Of a stretch of DNA of 43,805 nucleotides, positions 36,214 through 43,805 are shown one piece after another. The stretch comes from Frankiales bacterium. Lineage in GTDB: Bacteria; Actinomycetota; Actinomycetes; Mycobacteriales; SCTD01. The stretch is taken from the NCBI GenBank assembly GCA_025965615.1, contig JAOPWP010000087.1, forward strand, positions 1 through 43,805, in the 5' to 3' direction. A model generated the notes under the pieces. That model was not told where the DNA came from and searched no databases. It worked only from the letters and a program-made list of their open reading frames with translations. Position 1 is the stretch's first letter, and each line of letters starts with the position of its first letter. The position numbers and the translations under genes are program-made.

Positions 36214-36372
36214 GTCGAGCACGCTAACCGCGATCCCCGACAGTCTCACCTCGGATCCTTCCCGAACCGTCCACGACGGCACGCCCGGCAGGGCGGTGTC
36301 CCTCGGCCGGGGGGCGGCGCTGCGCGAGGCGCGAGCTGCCGGGGGTGCGGGAGCCCGCGCCCATCCTCTCGG

Positions 36373-36620
36373 TGTACTGCCCAGGCAGGTTGGTCAAGCG
36401 TGACGGGCGGGTCTTGCCGATCGCGGTGTGGGGCCGGTGGTGGTCGTACTCGTGCAGCCAGGCCGGTAGTGCCTTTCGGCGGGCTGACTCGCTGGAGTAC
36501 ATGCGCTTGGAGGCCCACCGGTCAGCGAGGGTGCGGTGGAAGCGTTCGATCTTCCCGTTCGTCTGTGGGCGGTAGGGCGGGTGCGCTTGAGGGCGATGCC
36601 GAGCGCGGCGCACGTACCGG
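36373..36620 (-). mobile_element. IS481-family transposase 3' remnant (frameshifted) with right end
   Basis: CAALGIALKRTRP / frameshift near 36575 / YRPQTNGKIERFHRTL...HHRPHTAIG...NLPGQYT; ends in TGTA at 36373, typical of IS481 termini. Confidence 0.85.
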
Positions 36621-36663
36621 GACATCCCGCACGGCCCGGGTGAGCGTGCGCCACCACGACCAG

Positions 36664-38013
36664 CTAGCCGCGCACCTGGGCGTAGCGCTCCAGAGCGACC
36701 ACCCGCTCGTCCGCGTGGTTCACGACCCGTTCGGGATAGCCGGTCGGCACGCCACCGGGGAGCAGCCAGGGCTCGTGCACTGCCGCCCCGGCGACGTCGC
36801 GGAGTTCCGGCACCCAGCGCCGGACGTAGGCGCCGTCCGGGTCGTGCTCGCGCCCCTGGCGCACCGGGTTGAACACGCGGAAGTACGGCGAGGGGTCCGT
36901 CCCGGTCCCAGCGACCCACTGCCACCCGTGCTGGTTCGACGGCAGGTCGCCGTCCCGCAGCAGCGCCAGGAAGTGGGCCGCCCCGCGCCGCCAGTGCAGG
37001 TGCAGGTCCTTGGTGAGGAACGATGCCGTGACCATGCGCATCCGGTTGTGCATCCACGCCGCCCCCGCGAGCTGGCGCATGCCCGCGTCGACGATGGGGT
37101 AGCCGGTCGTCCCGGTGACCCACGCCTCCCAGCGCCGCTCGGCCTCGGGGCCGGTGTCGTAGGACAAGCCGCTCATCGGCGCCTGGACCTCGTCTCGGGC
37201 GGTGTCCGGAGCGTGCCAGAGCACGTCGGCGTAGAAGTCGCGGAAGGCCAGTTCCCGGCGGTAGGCCGCAGGCCCTGGTCCCTCGCCCAGGTCGGAGAGC
37301 AGGGTGCGGGGGTGCACGCACCCGTACTTCAGGTAGACCGACAGCTGCGACGTCCGGTCGGCGTCGGGCCGGTTGCGCTGCTCGGCGTAGTCGGCCAGGT
37401 CAGCGTCCGCGAACTCCCGCCACCGCGCGAGACCGGCCCGCTCCCCCGCCTCGGGCAGCTCGACGGGGCCGAGGTCGGGGTCGTCCGGCACGGCGACCGT
37501 CGGCACTCCCCCGTCCGTCCAGCGCACCGGTCCCTCGGCCACCGCAGGACCCCGCACGCCCCGTTCCTGCCAGGCCCGGAAGAACGGCGAGAAGACGCGG
37601 TAGGGCGACGCGTCGGCCTTGGTCAGCGAACCGGGCGTCACGGCGTACGGGGAACCGAGGTCCAGCAGCGGGACCTCGCCCAGCGCAGCGGCGACGGCTG
37701 CGTCCCGCGTGCGGCCGTACGGCCCGGCGTCGGTGCTGATGTGGACGTTCGAGGCACCCACCCGTCGCACGAGGTCGGGGAGGACGTCCTGCGGCCGGCC
37801 GTGCAGCACCCTTAGCGCCCCGCCGGTCCGCTCCTGCAGGTCGCGCAGGCACCGGAACAGGAAGGCACGGCGCGGGGCACCGGCGGGGCCCAGCAGGACG
37901 TCGTCGAGCACGAACAGCGGGACGACCTCGTCGGCGCAGTCCTGCGCAGCGGCCAGAGCAGGGTGGTCGCCGAGCCGCAGGTCGCGGCGGAGCCACAGGA
38001 CAGCCGTCGTCAT
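36664..38013 (-). CDS. phrB: Deoxyribodipyrimidine photolyase (class I/III CPD photolyase/cryptochrome family)
   Basis: WLRRDLRLGDHPAL, TSQLSVYLKYG, GTTGYPIVDAGMRQL, WMHNRMRM, GWQWVAGTG, YFRVFNP. Confidence 0.93.
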   Translation of the reverse strand: MTTAVLWLRRDLRLGDHPALAAAQDCADEVVPLFVLDDVLLGPAGAPRRAFLFRCLRDLQERTGGALRVLHGRPQDVLPDLVRRVGASNVHISTDAGPYGRTRDAAVAAALGEVPLLDLGSPYAVTPGSLTKADASPYRVFSPFFRAWQERGVRGPAVAEGPVRWTDGGVPTVAVPDDPDLGPVELPEAGERAGLARWREFADADLADYAEQRNRPDADRTSQLSVYLKYGCVHPRTLLSDLGEGPGPAAYRRELAFRDFYADVLWHAPDTARDEVQAPMSGLSYDTGPEAERRWEAWVTGTTGYPIVDAGMRQLAGAAWMHNRMRMVTASFLTKDLHLHWRRGAAHFLALLRDGDLPSNQHGWQWVAGTGTDPSPYFRVFNPVRQGREHDPDGAYVRRWVPELRDVAGAAVHEPWLLPGGVPTGYPERVVNHADERVVALERYAQVRG

Positions 38014-38357
38014 CCCGGAACGGTAGGGCGGGGCGAGGCGGTCCGCACGCCGGGCCGGGCCTACTGGACGAAGCAGATGACGCCTGCCGCGACCGGAGCC
38101 GTGACGAGCAGGGTCACCTACGCAGCGGAGGTGCGGTCGTTCGGGCCGCCGACGGACACCCCGTCACCGACCGAGGCGGCCCCTCCCCCGGGTCCGCAGG
38201 CACCGACGATGACCTGCCTCCCAGGACCTGGGCAGGCCCAGGTCCCCGTGCCGCCCCGAGGAGCCGGTCGCTCGAGGGGCGTCAGGTCCGTACGCCTGCT
38301 CAACGGGCTTCCGCACCCGCCGCCGCGTCGGCGATCTCGCCCCCGTGCGGCGCGGGC

Positions 38358-39815
38358 TCACACCGCCACCAGGCCCTTCCTCGCCGGGCGCACGGGCCGC
38401 GCGGTCGGGCCGCCGTGCCGCAGGGCGAGCTCCGTCGTCGCCTGGGCCAGCAGGTCGTCGCTGTCCACCCCGAGGTGCTCCGCCATCCCGTCGCGGAAGC
38501 CGGGAGACCAGCGCAGCTCCATCGCGCGCAGGGGCACCGTCGCCTCGAGCTGGCACAGCAGTCCCACCAGGCCGAGGGCGACCCGGTGGAGCATGAGGTA
38601 CTCCGGCGGCAGCCGCAGGTGCGACGCGACGGTGTGCGAGCTCGAGCGGGGGTTCGCCAGCTTGACCGCCTCCTCACGCAACCACCTGCGGGTGAAGGTG
38701 AACGTCGAGCCCCGGAAGACCTCACTCATCGGCGAGAGGTAGTCGATCACCTCGGCGACGGTGACCGGGGCGTCCGGGGCGAGGAACCCCAGGCCGGTCA
38801 TGGCCTCCATCAGCCCCGCCTCGTCGCCGTTGAGCACCAGCGCGGCGTTGCGCCCGAGCGGTGCCGGGATGCCTCCGGGCAGGCGGTGCACAGCGCCGAA
38901 GTCGAGCACCCCGACCCGCCCGTCGGCCAGCAGCAGGAAGTTCCCGGGGTGCGGGTCCCCGTGCATGAGCCCGGTCAGCTCGGGTCCGGCGTAGATGGCG
39001 TGCACGAGCGCCGTGCCGATCCGGTCCCGCTCGACCCGGGTCAGGCCGGCGTCGTGGATCCGGCTCGACAGGGGGATCCCGTCAAGCCATCCGGTGACGA
39101 GCACCTTGCTCGTGGCGTGGTGGACGGCGGGGACGACCACCATCGGGTCGTCGACGAAAGCCGACGCGAACCGCCGCTGGTTGTCGGCCTCGCGCTCGTA
39201 GTCCAGCTCCTCGTCGAGCCGGGCAGCGAGTTCGTCGACCAGACCGGTGGCGTCGGCGAGGTGGCCGAGGTGACCCAGCAGCCGAGCGATCCGGCGCAGC
39301 TGGCGCAGGTCGGACTGCAGCGCCTTCGCGACCCCGGGGTACTGCACCTTGACCGCGACCGCGACCGGATCGGCGTCAGCGGTGGCCCGCCACTGCCCGC
39401 GGTGCACCTGACCGATGCTCGCGGCCCCGGCCGGTGCGTGCTCGAGCGTGAGCCGGGTCGACCAGTCGGGTCCGAGCTCGGCGACGAGCACCCGCTCGAC
39501 GGTGGTCCACGGGAGCGGCGGGGCGGCGTGCTGCAGGGCGTTCAGCGTCGCGCGGTACGGGGCCGCGAGCTCCTCGGGCAGGACGGCCTCGAGCACGCTC
39601 AGGGCCTGGCCGAGCTTGAGCGCCCCGCCCTTGAGCTCACCGAGCGTCCGGCACAGCTGCTCGACGGTGCGCCGCTGCACCTCCTCGGCCACCGCCTCGG
39701 CGGGGGCGCCTCCCACCTTCTTGGCCACGCCCAGGGCGGTGCGCCCGGCGTACATGCCTGGGAGTGCGGCGAGCCGGGCGCCCCGGAGGAGGGAGTTGGT
39801 GCGCAACGTGACCAC
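38358..39815 (-). CDS. AarF/ABC1/UbiB family atypical kinase
   Basis: KGGALKLGQ, AASIGQVH, VAVKVQYPG, EELDY, HGDPHPGN, LDFG; AGAGGAG RBS before GTG 39815. Confidence 0.92.
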   Translation of the reverse strand: MVTLRTNSLLRGARLAALPGMYAGRTALGVAKKVGGAPAEAVAEEVQRRTVEQLCRTLGELKGGALKLGQALSVLEAVLPEELAAPYRATLNALQHAAPPLPWTTVERVLVAELGPDWSTRLTLEHAPAGAASIGQVHRGQWRATADADPVAVAVKVQYPGVAKALQSDLRQLRRIARLLGHLGHLADATGLVDELAARLDEELDYEREADNQRRFASAFVDDPMVVVPAVHHATSKVLVTGWLDGIPLSSRIHDAGLTRVERDRIGTALVHAIYAGPELTGLMHGDPHPGNFLLLADGRVGVLDFGAVHRLPGGIPAPLGRNAALVLNGDEAGLMEAMTGLGFLAPDAPVTVAEVIDYLSPMSEVFRGSTFTFTRRWLREEAVKLANPRSSSHTVASHLRLPPEYLMLHRVALGLVGLLCQLEATVPLRAMELRWSPGFRDGMAEHLGVDSDDLLAQATTELALRHGGPTARPVRPARKGLVAV

Positions 39816-39914
39816 GGCGGGGCTCCTCTGATGGGTCTCAGCAGGTCCCATCGGGGCCAGCGCTCGCCGGGCGGACCCCCGTTCGGGTGGTCAACCGCCC
39901 GCGGCCGGCGGCGG

Positions 39915-40799
39915 TCAGCCGAAGACGGGGAACCGGCGCTTGGCGGCCAGGCGGTCCATGCCGGCCTGGATCTCGCGCTCCACCTGGTCGTAGATCTTCT
40001 GGACGTAGGCGGTGTCGCCGAGGCGCTCCGGGTCGTGGTCGACCTCGATGGGGTCGAGCAGCTCCGTGCGGATCTTGGCGGGCAGCGGGAGGTGGGCCGG
40101 GAGCACCTCGACCGCGAGCGGGAAGGGGAAGCCGGCCACGATGGGGATGTTCGCTCCTCGCAGCTTGGAGCTCAGGCCGCCGAACTTGTCGACGACGTTC
40201 GCCAGCCACTTGCCCTCGGAGACCACGAAGACGGTGTCGTGACCGCCGACCGAGGCCACAGGCAGGATCGGCACACCGGAGCGCATCGCCTGGCGCACGA
40301 AGCCCTTGCGGCCACCGAGCGTCGCGACGTCGCGCTTGCGCCAGTTGCGCATCGCGTCGACCTCACCACCCGGCCAGACGATGACGTCCTCCCCCTTCGC
40401 GAGGGCTGCGCCGACGCTCTTGCGGTTGGCCGCGATGACCCCCGTGGCCCGGAAGTAGTCACCGAGAGCAGGCGCAGCCATGAGCACGTCGTGCGCCGTG
40501 CCGTGCAGGAGCCGCTTGCCCTCGTAGCGCTTGTGCCAGGCGTTGACGAGCGTCCACGCGTCCATCGTCAGGGCGCCGCCTGAGTGCACGCCGATCAGCA
40601 GGCAGGTCTCGTCCGGCACCCGGTCCCACCCGTCGATCTCGAGCCTGAAGTAGAACTTGTTCATCAGGTCGTAGATCGGCTGCTGCACCTTCAGCACCGT
40701 CTCGTTCGCCGGCTTGGGCTCCATGGCCGCCTCGACGCGCCTGGCGATGACCCGCTCGATCAAGCTGGGCTGCGGCTGCGGCTGGTCGGTGCTGGTCAC
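39915..40799 (-). CDS. Lysophospholipid/diacylglycerol acyltransferase family protein
   Basis: HSGGALTMD, VWPGGEVD, RKGFVRQA, PILPV. Confidence 0.88.
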   Translation of the reverse strand: MTSTDQPQPQPSLIERVIARRVEAAMEPKPANETVLKVQQPIYDLMNKFYFRLEIDGWDRVPDETCLLIGVHSGGALTMDAWTLVNAWHKRYEGKRLLHGTAHDVLMAAPALGDYFRATGVIAANRKSVGAALAKGEDVIVWPGGEVDAMRNWRKRDVATLGGRKGFVRQAMRSGVPILPVASVGGHDTVFVVSEGKWLANVVDKFGGLSSKLRGANIPIVAGFPFPLAVEVLPAHLPLPAKIRTELLDPIEVDHDPERLGDTAYVQKIYDQVEREIQAGMDRLAAKRRFPVFG

Positions 40800-41005
40800 G
40801 GCGGGTCCTCCCGGGGCGGTGAAGGCGGTCCTGGTACGACACCACGGACGAGTGTCGCGGGGAACACTTTCTCAGAGCGGCGCTTCGAGGGCGCGGGGCC
40901 CTCGCCGCACCGTCTTCCCCCTGCCGCGCTGATCACTCGGTGGCGGCGCAGGGGGGCAACGACGCAGTGGTGCGCGTGACACGAGGTAGGGGTAGACACC
41001 TGCCC

Positions 41006-42415
41006 ATGTCGCGTCAGACGGACACAGAGCCAGCGGGTACTCCCCCCGAGGAGCTCACCCGGTCGATCACGGGTCGCCTCCTGTTCTTCTACGTCCTGGG
41101 CGACGTCCTGGGGTCCGGGGTCTACGTCCTGATCGGCCTGGTCGCCGGCGCGGTCGGGGGCGCCTTCTGGATCGCCTTCGCAGCCGGAGTCACGCTCGCG
41201 ACGATCACCGGGCTGGCGTACGCCGAGCTGGCGACGAAGTTCCCCCAGGCGGCCGGCGCCTCGCTCTACGTGCACAAGGCGTTCCGGAACCCCGTGCTGA
41301 CCTTCCTCATCACGATCTGCTCGCTGTCGGCGGTCTTCGCCGCCTCGGGTTCGCTGGCCACAGGCTTCGCCCGCTACTTCGGCTCGATCTTCGACCTCGT
41401 CCCGGCGCTGCTGGTCACGCTCGTGTTCGTCGTGCTCCTGACCCTCGTGAACTTCATCGGCATCACCGAGTCGGTCGTGGTCAACATGATCATGACGTTC
41501 ATCGAGATCTCGGGGCTGGTCCTCGTCATGGTCATCGGGATCATCGTCGTGGTGCGGGGTGACGCCGACTTCAGCGTGTTGACGTCCTTCACCGCCGAGG
41601 GCAACCCGATCTTCGCCATCGTCGCCGGCGTGGCCCTGGCCTTCTTCGCGATGACGGGCTTCGAGAACGCCGCCAACGTCGCCGAGGAGACGATCAACCC
41701 GTCCAAGACCTTCCCGCGAGCCCTCATCGGGGGGATGGCGGCGGCCGGCCTCATCTACGTGCTGGTGGCCATGTCCGCGGCCCTGGTGGTCCCCGTTGGC
41801 ACCCTGGCCGGAGCCGACGCGGCGCTGCTCGAGGTCGTCCGGGCCGACGTGTTGCCGGGCTCGGTCGAGGTGATGCTCAAGGTCTTCGCGGTCATCGCCA
41901 TGATCGCCATCACCAACACGACGCTGGTGTCGATCGTCACGCAGTCCCGGATCCTCTACGGCATGGGCCGGGAGGACGTGGTTCCCGCCGTGTTCTCGAA
42001 GATCCACCCGACGCGGCGCAGCCCGTACGTCGCGCTGGTCTTCTCCACCCTGGTCGTCGCGTCGCTGCTCATCATCGGCGAGGTGCTCAGCAACGTGGAC
42101 CCCGACCTGGACATCGTCGGCCGGTTGGCCACGGTCACGGTCGTGTTCCTGCTGTTCATCTACGCCCTCGTCATCGTCTCGGCGCTGAAGCTGCGCGGCG
42201 AGGGCGAGACGGAGGACTCCTACCGCGCCAACACCGCGCTGCTCTACCTCGGCGTCCTCGGCAACATCGTGCTGCTGGGCTATGTGGTCATCGACGACCC
42301 TGCTTCCCTGTACTGGGTGGCGGGGCTGCTCGCCCTCGGCGTCGCGCTCTATCTCGTGAAGCGCGCCGCCGGCGGCCGGAGCAGCAAGGGGATCGCAACG
42401 GGTGGGGAGGCTTGA
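41006..42415 (+). CDS. APC family amino acid permease
   Basis: GDVLGSGVY, YAELATKFPQAAG, GFENAANVAEE, about 12 TM segments. Confidence 0.9.
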   Translation: MSRQTDTEPAGTPPEELTRSITGRLLFFYVLGDVLGSGVYVLIGLVAGAVGGAFWIAFAAGVTLATITGLAYAELATKFPQAAGASLYVHKAFRNPVLTFLITICSLSAVFAASGSLATGFARYFGSIFDLVPALLVTLVFVVLLTLVNFIGITESVVVNMIMTFIEISGLVLVMVIGIIVVVRGDADFSVLTSFTAEGNPIFAIVAGVALAFFAMTGFENAANVAEETINPSKTFPRALIGGMAAAGLIYVLVAMSAALVVPVGTLAGADAALLEVVRADVLPGSVEVMLKVFAVIAMIAITNTTLVSIVTQSRILYGMGREDVVPAVFSKIHPTRRSPYVALVFSTLVVASLLIIGEVLSNVDPDLDIVGRLATVTVVFLLFIYALVIVSALKLRGEGETEDSYRANTALLYLGVLGNIVLLGYVVIDDPASLYWVAGLLALGVALYLVKRAAGGRSSKGIATGGEA

Positions 42416-42416
42416 C

Positions 42417-42863
42417 GTGCACGTCATGGTCGCGACCGACGGGTCGAAGCAGTCGCTGGCGGCGGCGCAGCAGTTCATGTCGTTCGCCGACGTCGCGAAA
42501 GTCGAGCAGGTCTCGGTCGTCGCGGTCATCAGCCCCCTCGCGACGGTGCCGTTCGCCAACGAGCTCGGCGGTGACCGCCCCGACGACCCCACCCGGCTCA
42601 GCTTCCGCGAAGAGGCCAACGCCGCCGCAGGGGTCGTCGCGGCCGAGTTCGAGGGCTGGGGAGTGCCGGTCGTGCACCGGCGGATCCTGAGCGGCTCGCC
42701 AGCAGCCCAGATCGTCAAGGCCGCCGCGGAGCACCGCGCCGACCTGATCGTGGTCGCGAGCGGAAGCGGCGGGCTCAGCGAGACGATCCTGCTCGGCGCC
42801 ACGGCCCAGCGGGTCCAGCACTCCGCCCCGTGCCCTGTCCTGGTGACGCGGCCGAAGAGGTAG
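42417..42863 (+). CDS. Universal stress protein
   Basis: MVATDGS, ADLIVVASG, LLGATAQRVQHSAPCPVLV; GGGAGG RBS. Confidence 0.9.
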   Translation: MHVMVATDGSKQSLAAAQQFMSFADVAKVEQVSVVAVISPLATVPFANELGGDRPDDPTRLSFREEANAAAGVVAAEFEGWGVPVVHRRILSGSPAAQIVKAAAEHRADLIVVASGSGGLSETILLGATAQRVQHSAPCPVLVTRPKR

Positions 42864-43132
42864 GTCACCGGTGAGCGATGGACTGTTCAGCACCGCGCGG
42901 GGCCTCTCCCGACGAGCCCAGACCAGCGCCAGAGGCGCGTCGGGCGGAGCCCGCACTGGAAGCGGCCCGCGTTCCCTGCCGTCCTCATGTGGTCAGCGCT
43001 GACGGCCGTCATGGCATGACGAGGACTAGCTCGACCTGCAGGCCGAGGTTCACACCCTCAAGACCGGACGGGCCGACGCCGAAGTAGCACGGTGACCGTC
43101 AGCCCAGGTGACCTGTACACCGCGCTCGGCGT

Positions 43133-43157
43133 GGTGACGTCCCATCGCGTGGTGTAG
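43133..43157. mobile_element. Possible orphan IS256-family (IS1081-like) terminal inverted repeat
   Basis: ggtgacgtcccatcgcgtggtgtag; the minus strand reads SYTTRWDVT, like the YTTxxD ends I recall for actinobacterial IS256 elements (unverified). Confidence 0.35.
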
Positions 43158-43508
43158 CTCGGCGCGGATTCTGCGGGTGGACCATGACGCGATCGGAAGG
43201 GCTCGTTCTGGCCGCCCGGGGATCCGGACGACCGCGTTGGTCGGCCAGTGCGCCTTTTGATGGGCGACGGCGGCACGCATCCCCGTACAGGTGCACCAGC
43301 ATGAGCGCCTCCCCACTCAGGTCTGCGCCCGCCCGTTACCCCGCTTTTAGCCGCTCGACACGGCGACCCGAGGAGTCGGAGTGCGGCGGCGAAGCGGTGG
43401 CGCGGAAGCTTCAGTCGCACCTGATGAGGCCCCACCATGGGCGGGTGGGCTGTCGGGAGCGGTCATGCACGGTCGGCGTTGCCTATGAGGTGCCTACGCA
43501 CGACCAAC

Positions 43509-43538
43509 GGCCCCACCGCCCTTGCGGGCGGCGGGGCC
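43509..43538 (-). terminator. Hairpin terminator downstream of tRNA-Met
   Basis: Minus strand GGCCCCGCCGCCC-GCAA-GGGCGGTGGGGCC, 13-bp stem (one G-U) with GNRA loop. Confidence 0.75.
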
Positions 43539-43558
43539 TTTGACCGGCACTTCTTCTG

Positions 43559-43632
43559 TAGCGGGGGCAGGATTTGAACCTGCGACCTCTGGGTTATGAG
43601 CCCAGCGAGCTACCGAGCTGCTCCACCCCGCG
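43559..43632 (-). tRNA. tRNA-fMet (CAT), initiator
   Basis: CGCGGGGTGGAGCAGCTCGGTAGCTCGCTGGGCT-CAT-AACCCAGAGGTCGCAGGTTCAAATCCTGCCCCCGCTA; C1:U72 mismatch and three G-C pairs in the anticodon stem; CCA not encoded. Confidence 0.97.
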
Positions 43633-43644
43633 TCGGTGAACACA

Positions 43645-43674
43645 ACGTTAGCGGACCTCCCGGCGACGACCCAA
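43645..43674 (-). promoter_or_regulatory. Housekeeping promoter of the tRNA
   Basis: TTGGGT-N18-TAACGT, with the -10 ending 12 nt upstream of the tRNA 5' end. Confidence 0.55.
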
Positions 43675-43687
43675 ATCGGGTGGAGCG

Positions 43688-43805
43688 TCAGGCCGACTCG
43701 GCGTCCCGGAACACGTCTGGACGCCAGTGCGCCATCGCCTGGGTGAAGGCGGCAGGGTCGACGACGCGACGGTCGACCTGGACCGGCCCGAGGCCGCGGC
43801 GGCCC
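43688..43805 (-). CDS. 3' end of an unidentified CDS entering from beyond the window
   Basis: Open frame ...GPVQVDRRVVDPAAFTQAMAHWRPDVFRDAESA-stop with GC-rich third positions. Confidence 0.5.
   Translation of the reverse strand, partial: GRRGLGPVQVDRRVVDPAAFTQAMAHWRPDVFRDAESA

Noticed and set aside
36224-37321. 365-aa ORF as an intact transposase
   Set aside because: Only the last ~70 codons are IS481-like; the rest is an alternative frame of the photolyase gene.
43421-43455. Hammerhead ribozyme (CTGATGAG followed by a hairpin)
   Set aside because: The required GAAA after stem II is absent and I could not build stems I and III.
36373-43632. Integrated prophage or ICE at tRNA-Met
   Set aside because: No integrase, phage or conjugation genes, and no att duplication of the tRNA 3' end was seen.

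Overview
Very GC-rich DNA that looks actinobacterial (gene content, codon usage, many leaderless promoters). It holds about 36 CDS, mostly metabolic and stress genes, plus an initiator tRNA-Met. In order: a TetR regulator with a ferritin-like diiron gene; a PP2C phosphatase; a K+ channel; a four-gene operon (two mannitol dehydrogenases, a HAD phosphatase, a kinase); a ~13 kb acyl-carrier/fatty-acid cluster (3 ACPs, 2 adenylate-forming ligases, 2 atypical ACAD-fold flavoproteins, FabD, FabF, a FabI lacking its catalytic residues) with an embedded TauABC-type importer and nucleoside phosphorylase; hisN; an acyl-CoA dehydrogenase; msrA with a SigR/SigH promoter; cvrA; secDF; prfC; a 73-bp palindromic tandem array; an MFS transporter; an IS481 remnant; photolyase; an ABC1 kinase; an acyltransferase; an APC permease; a USP. 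The strongest non-obvious signal is the ORF just upstream of secDF. It has a signal/TM segment, a Pro-rich linker and an RGPP motif whose codons are complementary to the secDF Shine-Dalgarno, which fits an ApdA-like ribosome-arrest secretion monitor. Other highlights are the FabI pseudoenzyme cluster and a possible complete mannitol-cycle operon. All calls come from reading motifs by eye; no searches were run.
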